Assembly (NCBI RefSeq): GCF_001447785.1
Contig: NW_015170904.1
Coordinates: 392,939 to 456,938 of the forward strand
Length of the DNA stretch: 64,000 nt
From: Gekko japonicus
Lineage: Eukaryota
Direction: 5' to 3'
Shown here: positions 11,419 to 22,804 of the stretch, piece by piece
How positions within the stretch are numbered: the stretch's first letter is position 1
Layout of the letters: every line of letters starts with the position of its first letter
Program-made: the position numbers and the translations under genes
The notes under the pieces: model-generated
Seen by the model: only the letters and a program-made list of their open reading frames with translations
What the model was told of the DNA's origin: nothing
Databases searched by the model: none

Positions 11419-12484
11419 ATACCCTACCTTGTCCCCAAAAAGAGACCTAAAACAGCTCACATCATTCTCCTCTCTGCCGTTTCATCTTCACAACCACTTT
11501 GTGATATTTGGCCAACACCTGATTTGCAATAACACTGCTTTGTACAACTTGTCATTTTATGGAACTGTGCACAAATTCGTTCTTAAATGGTGCAGTATCT
11601 TTTTTTGTTATAAAACATTATATTGGCAGCCTGCATTGCAATCCCTCCTAACCTTTGGATATTCCTGACCCAGCACATGGAGATGGAAGTGAATAATGTT
11701 ATTGGAACTTGCATAGGTATGAAGACTTTTCAGTGTTAATTGACTCCAGTGTGCTTGAAGGTAGGCAGTCATGGGTCTCACTCTTGAAAAAGAATAGATG
11801 ATTTGGTTATACTCTGAGACTTAGCCAGGCAGGTCTTATGTGTCATCATGGACAAATGGCAGTAGAGCCACATAAGCACTTGACACAATAACATGTTGGT
11901 TATGAGCTAATTTTGACTGGTAGCACTCTCTTCTGCTTTTCCTAGTGGTATGATAAAATCCATGGCTTTAATACTGATAAATTATGTTCCATTGATCCTC
12001 AGTTGTTGTCATGTTTTGTTGGTGCCTAGCTATGCTTACCACTTCTTTCGTTCTGCTTTTCTTCCACACTCTTGTATACAGGGAGTAAAACAAAGTTTAC
12101 AGTAGTTGAACATTTCACTTTACTGCCTGCAGAAAACAAAAGAGCAGACAGGCTCAGTGGGTGGAAAAACTTTTATGGACTGGTGCATTCTCATAGGCTA
12201 AAACTAGCACAGTGTCTGTTTTCTATCAAATAAAAGTGAGGTTGCCAGATTGATTAACCTTTTAGGTATAGCTAACATGTTTCACAGCTGACATCCTGTG
12301 TTCCCTAGTTGTTTATTTTAGTAATTTTATAGTGGATTCCATTGCTGAGGCACCCGGGAGTTTTTTATTGGCAAAATCATGAAATGCCTACAATTTTCAT
12401 TTCTGCTAATAAAGTTATTTTCCAGCATTCCTAAGTATGCCTAGATAGCAAATCAATAATTCAGTGCCAGTTTGATTTTGAATA

Positions 12485-12740
12485 TGTTGTCGAAGGCTTT
12501 CACAGCCAGAGTTCATTAGTTGTTGTAGATTTTCCGGGCTGTATGGCCGTGGTATTGGCATTGTAGTACCTGATATTTTGCCAGCAGCTGTGACTGGCAT
12601 CCTTAGAGGTATAACACAGAAGGATGGAGTACTCTCTGTGTCGATGTGAGAAGAAAAAAATGGTAGGCAGGTAATTTATATCTACTCAGGAAGGTGGCAT
12701 AGGATTGAGTCATTATCTTGTAGGAGTTTCCCAGGCTGTG
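12485..12740 (-). mobile_element. Penelope-like element 3' end/pLTR
   Basis: Minus strand ...gatgccagtcacagctgctggc...cacggccatacagcccggaaaa...gaaagccttcgacaaca, a recognised squamate Penelope end. Confidence 0.65.
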
Positions 12741-12799
12741 ACATTTTGATGTTTCATCACATGTGACATTTTCTTGTGGTCTGCAGTGGTCTGCAGTAT

Positions 12800-12940
12800 C
12801 AGTGTCAGTATTGTCTACTCTGACCAACAACAGTTCTCCAAGGTCTCAGGCAGAGGTCTTTCATATCATCTGCCATGGAGGGAGTTGAACCTGGGGCCTT
12901 CTGCATGCAAAGCAGATGCTGTACCACTGAACATGCCCCT
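12800..12940 (-). mobile_element. tRNA-derived SINE
   Basis: Minus strand ttcagtggtacagcatctgctttgcatgcagaaggccccaggttcaac (tRNA-like head). Confidence 0.7.
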
Positions 12941-13055
12941 GCCCATGTGCCTTAGATACTATGCTATGGTCACCAACAATAGTAAAACCCCCGTGAATTA
13001 TGAGATATCCACTGATATTCATGCATGTGTAAATCTACCATGAGTTAAGTTGTAG

Positions 13056-13325
13056 GAGGAGGAGGAGATTGGATTTATACCCCACCCTTCACTTGGAGTC
13101 TCAAAGCGGCTTACAACCTCCTTTCCCTTCCCCTCCCAACAACAGACACCCTGTGAGGTAGGTTGTGCTGAGAGAGCTTTTTCCAGAACTGTCCTTGAGA
13201 GAACAGCTCTGACAGAACTATGGCTTGCCCAAAGTCATCCAGCAGCTGCAAGTGGAGGAGTGGGGAATCAAACCCAGTTCTCCCAGATTAGAGTCCATAC
13301 ACTTAACTACTGCACCAAACTGGGT
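13056..13325 (-). mobile_element. tRNA-derived SINE (Squam3-like)
   Basis: Paralogue of 1287-1545. Confidence 0.85.
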
Positions 13326-13659
13326 CTCATAAGCTACCCTCACGGTTCAGTTACTTTGGCTCCTACCTCAGTAGTGCAGGAACTACAGGACCCAGTGCAA
13401 CATTTTTTTAAAATTAATTTTGTGGAAATGCTTTACATTTCCAGCATGGAGCAATCCTACTCACTTGAGTGGTAGTGCTTGATCACCTATAAGACGAACC
13501 AGCCAAGGCAGTATGTCCTGGGTCCCTTTTGCCATTAGCTATGTGGTGAGTGACAGAGAGAAGGACTTGGGACCTGCAGCTTCAAGTAGGCCCGTTTTAT
13601 GAAATTGCAGTCAATTTTGTGGGGAGAAGATACAGAGCATACATAAAAGCTGTGTATGA

Positions 13660-14105
13660 GTGGGGCCATGATTCTGTAATGATCTGTTTTGCATGTAGAA
13701 AGTCCCAGGTCCAATCCCCAAACTCTTCAGTTAGAAAAAGGAACAAGTGGTAAATGATATCAAACCCTGGAGAGCTGGTGCTAGTCACATTAGACAATAT
13801 CAACCTTTTTTGGGGGGGGGGTGTATGTGTGTGTCTGTGTGTCTACACCTGGAAGTCAGGTAGACTCTGGTGACTGACCCCTACTGGGGAACTGGAGGAT
13901 ATTCAGAGAGGTGGCTGAATAAAGCCTGTTCCTGTCCTGATGTGGTATTCCAAGGAAATCTCCCATTCAGCTACTAACCACAGTTGATCCTGCTTAGCTT
14001 CTGAGATCTGACAAGATCAGGCTTGCCTGGGCTATCCAGGTCAGGGCTAGACAATACCATCCTTGATAGACCAGTTAGCTGACTCAGTAGAAGGCAGCTT
14101 CATAT
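13660..14105 (+). mobile_element. tRNA-derived SINE with CR1-like tail, interrupted by a 5S SINE
   Basis: Head at 13660-13807, tail at 14048-14105; same family as 12800-12940. Confidence 0.65.
13808..14047 (-). mobile_element. 5S rRNA-derived SINE (5S-Sauria-like)
   Basis: Minus strand gcctgatcttgtcagatctcagaagctaagcagg...tgggagatttccttggaatacc (5S), (CA)n tail; 17-bp TSD tagacaata(t/c)ca(a/t)cctt. Confidence 0.85.
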
Positions 14106-14977
14106 GATCCAAGCAGATCTTTGATCATGCGTAGTCCAGTGCATCACTGACAAGAAGGGACTGTTACAGGAACAGAGATTGAAACCAAGTGCCTGTGCTG
14201 TACTGAGTTATTTGCTCTTGATTTCCTCCTCCATGTTACTGAAATGAGATACTCTTGTCTGATTGCCTCTCTAAGGCCACCTGTGACATTGAGGGCATAT
14301 AAAGAATGGAAACTGGCAGTTTCAAATGAATTCTAGTGAGAGTCTATCCCATGAAAAACAGAGTGGTGACACAAACTGTTTGTAACACTTTGTTTTGCAA
14401 GAAGGACAGGAGAATAATATTTGTTTATTGTTGATGACCTGCCAGATCACCAAAAGATACTCCCGTTCTGACAATACAAATGCAATAATTACCATGGCTA
14501 GACTGCAATCCAGAAAGAATCTTGCATGGACAACTATTAGTGGGCATATGTCATAAATAATCTCCCATTACACATGTTCTTTCCATGGCCACATCCCTAT
14601 AACCCTGTCAACTGCGCAGGGTGTTCAGTGCGTGCGGTTTCAGCTACAGCCTGGATTAATCCATTCAGTTCAGTCTGTTCAGTTGTACAATTCAGTGCAT
14701 ATCCCTTTCTTTCCTTGAGAACAACTTTGATCATATAGATCCAGTGTAATGACTGTTTTAGGCACTTTTTGAAGTAAAGAAAAAACATCAGTGGTAATAC
14801 TGTATTTTATATTTTAAAAAGTGGAAGCAATTAATTCGTGTTATATGTGATGTGGCGCCTTGTGATGATCAGTGTGCTTTATAAACTACTTCTGATTATA
14901 TTTTTTGTGTTGATAAAGACATACAGGAAGCCCTCTACCCATGTGCACCATTGCGTGTGAAAGTTGTGCAAGTGTCT

Positions 14978-15288
14978 TGTTAAGTATGAGACTTCAGTCA
15001 GCTCTTAACAAGTGAATTCAGCTTTATTGGAATCAGACAAAACAACAACAACCAAATGGAGCAAGGAGCTCTCTTTTAAACTTTCCGGTCTTGTAAAACC
15101 ACACCCCCTAGTGTGTTAATAACCAATCATAGCTCTCGCATAACGGCCAATAATATTTGTTTCCTCCATAACCTTCCTTAGGTTCTGATTGGTCTACTTC
15201 GCAGAGTAGCCAATCAGAACGTACATTTCACGAGACCAGCCCTTGGTTGAAGCTCAGACATTTACTGTATGTATGCACATACATAACA
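14978..15288 (-). mobile_element. Solo LTR (311 bp)
   Basis: Termini tgtta...taaca; perfect 5-bp TSD tgtct (14973-14977, 15289-15293); polyA signal on minus strand (tttatt); CCAAT boxes. Confidence 0.85.
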
Positions 15289-16419
15289 TGTCTCTTTTTC
15301 TGTATATGGACATTTGGAAGTTGTAGTTTACAGTACCTCATGTATAATGTGAACAGTGGCATACCATGAAATGTTCACACATAATAATGTGCATATCTTT
15401 TTTCTTCTTCAACCATATCGTTTAAAAAAAATGTATGGAGACTCCGAATTCTCTTTAATGTGACATTAGAAAGCAAATATTTAACATGAAAAATGGTTTT
15501 CGTACACTGCTACTCAACTGTCTCTTTGCCTTTTCCTTTTTTTTTTGTGTAACTGTAATATGTCCTTCAAAATTGCTATCGTTCTTGTGAGTTTTCTGAT
15601 CTGACTTACCCCAGAGGCATTCAGCAACCTCACCCCCCACCCCCACATAGCTCCTTTTTTGTGGCTGGGAATGAGTGATTCCTATGCCCAGGGTTTTAAT
15701 TTGATGCTCACCTGTTTAACCTGGGGCAGTTAGTACTGGGATGAGCACCCAAGTGGTAAACAGCATCTGCCCCCATCCATGAGGACATTCTTGGTTCTTG
15801 TCTCTTCAGTAGCTTTAAAAGGGCTAGGGATTCTTAGAGGCTACAATAAAGACCAGCAGAGCTGTACTCAGCACCATAGCATTAGTGGAGGGAAATATGT
15901 AGGGGAATGAGAAAGTGCAGCGGCACAAGCGTATAGAACAGGCCTGTAGGCAACTTGCCTTATGTCTTTTCACTTCTTCACACACGTTTGCTTCTTTACC
16001 TGGTGCAGCTATTTTTTTTAATTATTTGTGGGATTTGTAAAAGGCTTTTCAACAAAAGAATATACAAACCAAATACATCTATATTCATTAAAATTGAAAT
16101 TATAATTTCAAAACAACCAGAGGGAGGGGGTAAAAAAAAATCAGAAAAACGGTGCAGTAGAATGATGAGGGTTAGCTCCCCAAAGCATGACGAAATAAAA
16201 ACATTTTTTTCCCGTTTGGTGACAGGGACAGATGAAGGTCTTGAGGAAAGGCATTCCAGAATTCAGTGATGTGGAGAATATACAGAGGGTTTTCCAGGCC
16301 CCCTCTGATCCAAGAAAGGGTACAAAAACCTATAGAGAACTTAGAAGCACTCTGCCACCCATGTCATTGGCTTAGATTTATAAAATTTTATCTTTCCAGA
16401 GTCCTGCTCATGGCAGCTC

Positions 16420-16640
16420 ATAAAGTAAAAACACTGAAGAGAAAGGCCTGTCTTTGGTTACCACCCACATCACCTCAGCAAGCAAGGGCATGGAAGGAAA
16501 GGCTTGAGAACAGGATCTTAACTGGCCAGCTGACAGGATGGGAGAAAGTGGTCCTTCAAGTACCTTGGTCCTTTGAATTATGCCTGGAAACAGATGGGCA
16601 GCCAGTGCACATCTATCAGTGCAGCACTGATATGGTTTGT
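16420..16640 (-). mobile_element. Old L2 LINE remnant
   Basis: Similar to L2 3' coding segments at 37130-37340 and 43170-43330. Confidence 0.5.
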
Positions 16641-17250
16641 TGCACATTTAACTTATTAAAAAATCTAGGTTTGCCATAGAGGGTTGTTAACAGAAAAGGC
16701 CCTGGTTCTTGTAAAACCACCTAGTATTCACAAGAGTTATTTGCAGCAGGACCATGTTAAATGATACCAGATTTGGGGAACAATATGTGTTTTTTTGTTG
16801 GAGGTGGGGCTCCATGTAGTTGGTACAGAGTATTGTGCCAGAACAGTATGCATATGTGTATTTACGCATATGATAGGGAACGATCCCAGAATATAGAGTT
16901 ATTTCTGATTTTTAAAACTGTTTTGCATTTCCTGAGTGATTCCCCCACCTTAGGATGCATTTCTCTTTTTTATGAAGGTAGGTGATTTTGCTTTCTCCCA
17001 CAGATCGTAAGGGCTTTGAAACTGGAGACCACCAATGGTGGTGAACTGTGCTGCTGTAATGGATACAATTTTTAGTGCTTCTCCAGAGGAAAGTGTGAAT
17101 TTATCAGGCAATTTTATATTAGGCATCCTTTGGATCTCACTAGATACATTAGTGGCAGTGTAATTTCAACACATCTGGGGCATTATTGGTGGATGGTGAT
17201 ATGGTACTAGTATGTCCTGTGCACTAATAGATTTGGTAGAGGAAACCATG

Positions 17251-17455
17251 CAATGCTTCCTCTAAGCTGTGCAATCTGGTGAGCAAAATATCTACTTGTG
17301 AGCTACTGGCATTAAAGTTGTGAGTGAGCAATTTGGCTACTGCATAAATTAGTTTGCTCTGGAGCCATCCTTCCTGAGCTAAGACAAAAATCTGTGAGCT
17401 GAAGGCTAAAAAACTGTGAGCTAGCTCACACTAACTCAGCTTAGAGGGAACACTA
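17251..17455. mobile_element. hAT MITE (copy without cargo of the family at 55777-56175)
   Basis: TIRs caatgcttcctctaagct / agcttagagggaacacta; colinear with 55777-55979. Confidence 0.85.
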
Positions 17456-18751
17456 GTTGTATATGCTGCTAACTTTCAGATGAGAGGGTTCACAGTGAAG
17501 TCCTGAACAGAATTACACCCTTCTAAGGTCGTTAGAGGCCATGGGCTTAGAAGGGCATAACTGTGTTTAGGACTGCGCTGTTAAAATGGCTGCCAACAAG
17601 CAGGTTATGTTCTAGTTTATACCATTGTGTATATACAAGAAGCTGCCAGGAAATGCTTTCGTGAAAGCGGCAGTATGCCTGTGAATAGTTTGAAAGTTCT
17701 TTTTTAGTCTTTAATTTTATGGCACAAACAAATGTAGAAAATCTGCTGACTATTGAGGTAATTCCCTTTGTGTCTGTTTGTTTCTTGAATGCCCATAGAG
17801 TAGCAATTAATGCCTAGAATCAGGCATTTTGCCACTGATCTTGAGTGTACCTGTTTTCTTATACCTGCACTTAGAAAATCTGAGCATCCCTTAGAGGATT
17901 CATATTTTTCACACTGATGTTAATTTCAGTAGGAGATTTACCTGTTTTAATGAGGAACAAACACAGATATAGAAGAAATGAAAGCTTGCTTCCTAATACT
18001 GATACCTCCTCTGTACGGGAGAACTCTGTGTATTGTTGATACGGGGAGAAAAATCACTTTTTCCTCTTTTGATGAGATGTAGAAATGTGGAAAGGGGAGA
18101 AGGCCATTCACTCACGCTTCTTCTCTTGACACTTCCTAGTTCATGAATTACCCTTATGGGGCTGATGGCTTCTGGTGAAGGGGTCACACTTGGCTGATTT
18201 GCATGTATCAGGTCTTGGACATAATTCCTCTTATCTTCAATTAAAGGATCTCAAGTATTTGCAGGAAGACTTCTTTGTAAGATATAGAGGGATGCTGCCT
18301 ATTGGAGTAGATGGTACTGGTTTAGGTAGATCACTGGTCTGACTTTGTCATTTCCAGCTAGAAACTCAGTCTTTCATGTTTGTTTTGAATCCTGGATCTG
18401 TGATAATAATGCAACTCGATTAATATACTTTTGTATTAAGGGTCAACTCAGTGTAAAGGGGAGAGTGGAGAAAAGAAAGGTTCTGTTAAAAATCAGCAGG
18501 TTGAATGATTTTTGCAGCATATCCATCTTTAGGAATTAAAAACCGTACACAAAATCTTGATCACTAGTCCCTTGATCACTACAACTCAGAGTCACCCTGT
18601 GAAACTGATTGGCAGTAGATTCAAGACAAATGAAGTTCTGCATGGCATAGTGAGTAGATGACTTGTGGAACTCATTGCCATCAGATGTGGCAATGGCAAT
18701 TGACTTAGATGTATTTAAAACGGGGTTGAACAGATTTATGGAGGATACTAG

Positions 18752-18987
18752 AGATCCAGTGTGGTGTAGTGTTTAAGAGTGCTGGACTAGGATCTGGGAG
18801 ATGCAGGTTAGAACCTCCTTTTTTCCATGGAAGCTTGCTGGATCCTTGGGCCAATCTTACACTCTCACCTTACCCTACCCTACTGCACTGCATTGTTGTG
18901 AGGATAAAATGGAGAAGAATGGTGTATGGTGATTTGGGTCCCCGTTGAGGAGAAAGATCGGGTATAATTGGAGCAAATTAATAAATA
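18752..18987 (+). mobile_element. tRNA-derived L2-tailed SINE
   Basis: ccagtgtggtgtagtgtttaagagtgctggactag head; taaataaata tail. Confidence 0.75.
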
Positions 18988-19003
18988 GGTCTACCATTGA
19001 CTA

Positions 19004-19969
19004 TCCTTCCTTATATATAAAAGCCATTTGGGGTGGCAATATTCTATGCGCGCCAAAATCAGGCCACATGAACTGCCAGTCAGAAGGTGCTGGCTGGGTT
19101 GACTGCTTGCCTTGCAGAGTCCCGCCCACAGAGGCCCCCACCAGCCTCTCGCCCTCAGTCTACATGGAAATGCTGAACGGGATGGAACCTCTGGCGGGCG
19201 CAGGCACTGAGACACGCCTGTGGACGAGATGGACCCTCCACCGGCCACAGGCAGCGACACACGCACATCTTACATTCCAATTCGCCCAATGGCAGCAGGG
19301 AGCCAGGAGGACGGGCCCGGCTGGCCTCGCTGTGGCCTGCTGGCTCCCTCCGCCCCCACCTGGCCTGCGCCCCCGCCTTCCTCCCCAGACTCCGGCTGTG
19401 ACCTCCTCACGCCTCCCTACCGTGGCTGCCCGATAGTGCGAGGGTTGTGGACAGCCGGGCACCGGGCGAAGAGAGGTGGAAGAGGGAGACGAGCCAAAAG
19501 CGCTGTGGCTTCCTCTCTGTCGCCGCCTCCGCTCGGCCCTGCCACAGCAGCAGCAGCAGCATGAGGAGTCTGGCAGTGAGGGAGGGGGAGAGGCAGCCAG
19601 TGGCAGTGCTGCGCCCGCCCCGGGGACAGTGCCCACCACTCAGGAATGCTGCTGAGGGCAGGAGCCCAGCAGGATGGCCAGGTGGTGCTGAGGGGAGGGG
19701 ACTGAGTTGTGGCCCCAAGGGAAGACACTCCAGAGAAAAGAGTCCAGGGGATGAGGGGTGGACCGCGGGGCGGAGGGAGGAGACGGTGGGCCAGCCCCCT
19801 GTGTGCTCGGAGACTGCCTGGGCATGGAACTGCTGCCGGGGCGTCCCCTCACCATGGCACCCCCGGGGTCTGTGGAATGAGTACAAATCGGAGTGCCGGA
19901 GGAGAGGGGAGATACCCCCCGTCTTTCTAGAGCTCATTTCATTGTTGCTGCAACAAGCCTTGCTCCTAG
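19004..19969 (+). mobile_element. Non-autonomous Helitron with GC-rich cargo
   Basis: A|TC start (tccttccttatatataaaagcc), perfect hairpin ttgttgc-t-gcaacaa (19942-19956), CTAG|T end, no TSD; removal restores the CR1 sequence gactattagccat. Confidence 0.85.
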
Positions 19970-20563
19970 TTAGCCATAAAAGCCAATAGAAACTCCAGGT
20001 TCTGATGGTCAGGTGCCTATAAACAGTCAACAAATGAGAGCTGGTGACTGGGACCTGCTTGGGGGCCTCATTGTAGTATCTGATTGGTTAAAGTGGGAAA
20101 TAGGATGCTGAACTAGACAGACCATTGGTCTGATACAGTATGGGTATTCTTGTGTTCTATGTCATAATTCCTCTTTCACAGAGCAACCTTTAGGGACAGA
20201 ATTCAAAGAACTATGAGGACAGTGAGACTTTCTTATCCCCCAAAAGCCGCTGGTCAGATCCTCAGAACACATTTGAGATACGGCACTGGAGGAGGGGGGT
20301 CCACAGAAATTAGAGGTGCCTTCCACTTGTGCAAACTTTGCTTTGGGTCCACTCTGTAACTGTAGAATCAGAAATAATTGGTATTTTGTGTTACGTTGGA
20401 GTCTATAGCAATATGTTTAATGATATATATGTTAGTTTATGACTATCTGAATTCTTTGAATGAAATGATGACAGAAGGACCTGGAACAAAAATTATAGTG
20501 TTGAAATAGTGGTTGCTTGAATATTTTCTGACTGCTCGTTCAGTATGAATATGCTGCAAATTT

Positions 20564-22275
20564 GACTTCCGGTTTTGGCTCCCTCAATGGCGGCTGCGAT
20601 CTCTCAGAGCTCCGGGAGATGCGTGCCATGAATCGGCGGATGGGCGGGTGCGATCATCTGCATTCCCCCTGGAGCCCTAGTGATGGGCTCCTAGCCATGG
20701 GGCACTTGGAGGGCCCTTCCGCCGGCAAAGGGGGGCTGCTCCCTGCCCCAGCGGTCCCACCACTGATTTCCAAAATGGACACGGGGACGCACACTGGGAC
20801 AAGCGCTTGGTTGCCAGACAAGGTAATCGTGAACGGCGAAATCTACATGGAAAAGTGAGTGTTTTTTTTTAGCTAAGACACCAGAAAAACAGACTGAAAA
20901 CCTCCCCTTATCAGAACGAGGGGGGGGGAACTCCCCCTCAAAAAGAAAAAGTGGTCTGATAAATGCAGCTATAAGGGGGGGCGGACTGTAAAAGCGAATA
21001 GACTAAACTAAAGAACTTTTGAGAACTTACCAAGCAATTCTAAAGGTTCCAGAGACTTTGATAACATTTCTTAAAAAGTAAACAATTCTCAAACGTGATG
21101 CCTCTGAGGAGGGAGGAGAAGGACAAGCAACCGAAACTGAAGTTCCCTGCCGGAAATGCCAGCCCAGTGAGTTCTGGTCCTAAACAGGACACTACTATAG
21201 ACTTCCAAAGTATGCTGACTGAGGCTTTGTGCCCTCTGCTGGAACAAATGACGTCACTACACGCGAAATTTGACTCACAAGAAAGCTAACTAAATGAAAC
21301 TACTAAAAAGACAGAAAAAATGGAGCAACAGCTTAAAGATGTCCGTGTCAACACACTGATGAGGCAGAACTGATGAGACACAACTTCTACAGCTGCAAAT
21401 GGAAAAAGCAATCTATGTCCTAAGATTCCAGGGGATTCCTGAAGCAAAAGACTTAAAGCAGACTATTTGTGATTTATTGGGTTCAGTTGTAGATTCTGAT
21501 TACATAAAAAAGAATAATCTGCTTGGCGAGACTATGGTGAGATTCTCTAGGAGACACGTAAGAGACCAAGTTTTGAAAGCAACAAATGGAACCACCCTGA
21601 AGATCAAAGACAAAGAAATGAAGGATATGAAGGATATCCCATTTGAAATAAGGAAAAAGAGAAAGAAATACAGAGACTTGGCACTGTTTTTACAAAAAAA
21701 ACAAAGTTCCCTACAGATGGAGTGTTCCTGAAGGCATCCTCTTCAAATTTAAAGACAAGAAAGAAAGTATTGACTCTGTTGCAAAGGCACGTGAATTTCT
21801 ACATCAACATGTCGGCTCAGCAGGGGAAGGAGAAAAAGATGATGATGGCAGCAGCAAGGGAAATGAAGAAGAAGGAGTACTGGCACCTTCTGATGAGGAC
21901 TCAGTTTCTGAACTGGGGGCGGCTGCCACTAAATTAAGCTATCGATTGAGAAATAAGAAGGAAAAAACATGAGTTGTGATTGTTCTCTGGATCCTGTTTT
22001 AAACCAGTTTAAAGCATTTTTCTTTAGAGTTCTTTATATAGCCAGATTTGTTGGAGATGTTAATTTAAGCAATAAAAATTATGTACTCACTTAACGTAGC
22101 AAATTATAAGCTAATTTACTAGAGGCTAATTTTGTAAGCATTGTGTATGACCACCATCTCTTGGGCTTTTAGTGGTTTTCTTTACTTTTGCCTGTAGTTT
22201 GTAATGTACCCTCCCTTGTTTCTTTGTAGTTTATAGAAAATGCAATAAAAAAATCCCCTATGCCCCCCCCCCAAA
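20564..22275 (+). mobile_element. HAL1-like (ORF1-only, half-L1) retrotransposon, full length
   Basis: 13-bp TSD atgctgcaaattt (20551-20563, 22276-22288); CpG-rich 5' UTR starting gacttccgg...aatggcggc; L1 ORF1 homologue; aataaa at 22244 plus A-run; no ORF2. Confidence 0.85.
21098..21972 (+). pseudogene. Disrupted L1 ORF1p-like gene (coiled coil, RRM, CTD, acidic tail)
   Basis: LRFQGIPE, MVRFSRRHVRDQVLK, KDIPFEIRKKRKKY, then YRWSVPEGILFKFK after a frameshift; one in-frame stop (21287-21289) and at least two frameshifts. Confidence 0.8.
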
Positions 22276-22664
22276 ATGCTGCAAATTTAGCTACTAGGGC
22301 TAAAGAAAAGAAATAATAAAAGTGGAAAATAGTTTTGCATCTTTTGTTAGAAGAAATAACTGTTCCACTCCTGTGGAACCAAAGGGGTGATCAGGGATTT
22401 TCCTTCAGTTTCTAACTATCATAAAAGATATTACAGTTGATGATTTCTTTAAAAAAAATAAAAATTGAGCATAAATTGTTGTGCTCTGCGTAGACCACTC
22501 CTTTTTGTTTTAGATTTCTCTTTAAAACATTAATGAACGTTTCAGGTCAGAAGAAGGGTGGGGGGAATGCAAGCAATGATGACATTCTATAAAAATGTTA
22601 CTGCTCCTGCATGTGTTGCATTGGCTTGACTTGTGTTATAGGAGGATCTTTTTTTTGGTACATC

Positions 22665-22804
22665 NNNNNNNNNNNNNNNNNNNNNNNNNNNNNNNNNNNN
22701 NNNNNNNNNNNNNNNNNNNNNNNNNNNNNNNNNNNNNNNNNNNNNNNNNNNNNNNNNNNNNNNNNNNNNNNNNNNNNNNNNNNNNNNNNNNNNNNNNNNN
22801 NNNN
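22665..22804. other. Assembly gap
   Basis: N run. Confidence 1.

Larger units (their letters stand above)
18580..20163 (+). mobile_element. Old CR1 3' end split by a SINE and a Helitron
   Basis: tgtggaactcattgcca...agatttatggaggat | SINE | ggtctaccattgacta | Helitron | ttagccat...gaactagacagaccattggtctgat...ttcttgtgttctatg. Confidence 0.7.

Noticed and set aside
11333-11668. MYVC-repeat ORFs
   Set aside because: Translation of the (TATG)n microsatellite
13950-14047. 5S rRNA gene
   Set aside because: Diverged, fused to a SINE body and tail, and TSD-flanked
16040-16370. L1/Tx1 3' end on the minus strand
   Set aside because: Too degraded to support from sequence alone
19048-19058. E2F site gcgcgccaaaa as captured promoter evidence
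   Set aside because: It aligns with the Helitron 5' terminal sequence (acgctccaaaatcag in the paralogue), so it is not cargo
18945-20033. Long ORFs and a native CpG-island gene start
   Set aside because: The segment is bounded by Helitron termini inside a CR1; ORFs on both strands are low-complexity and GC-driven
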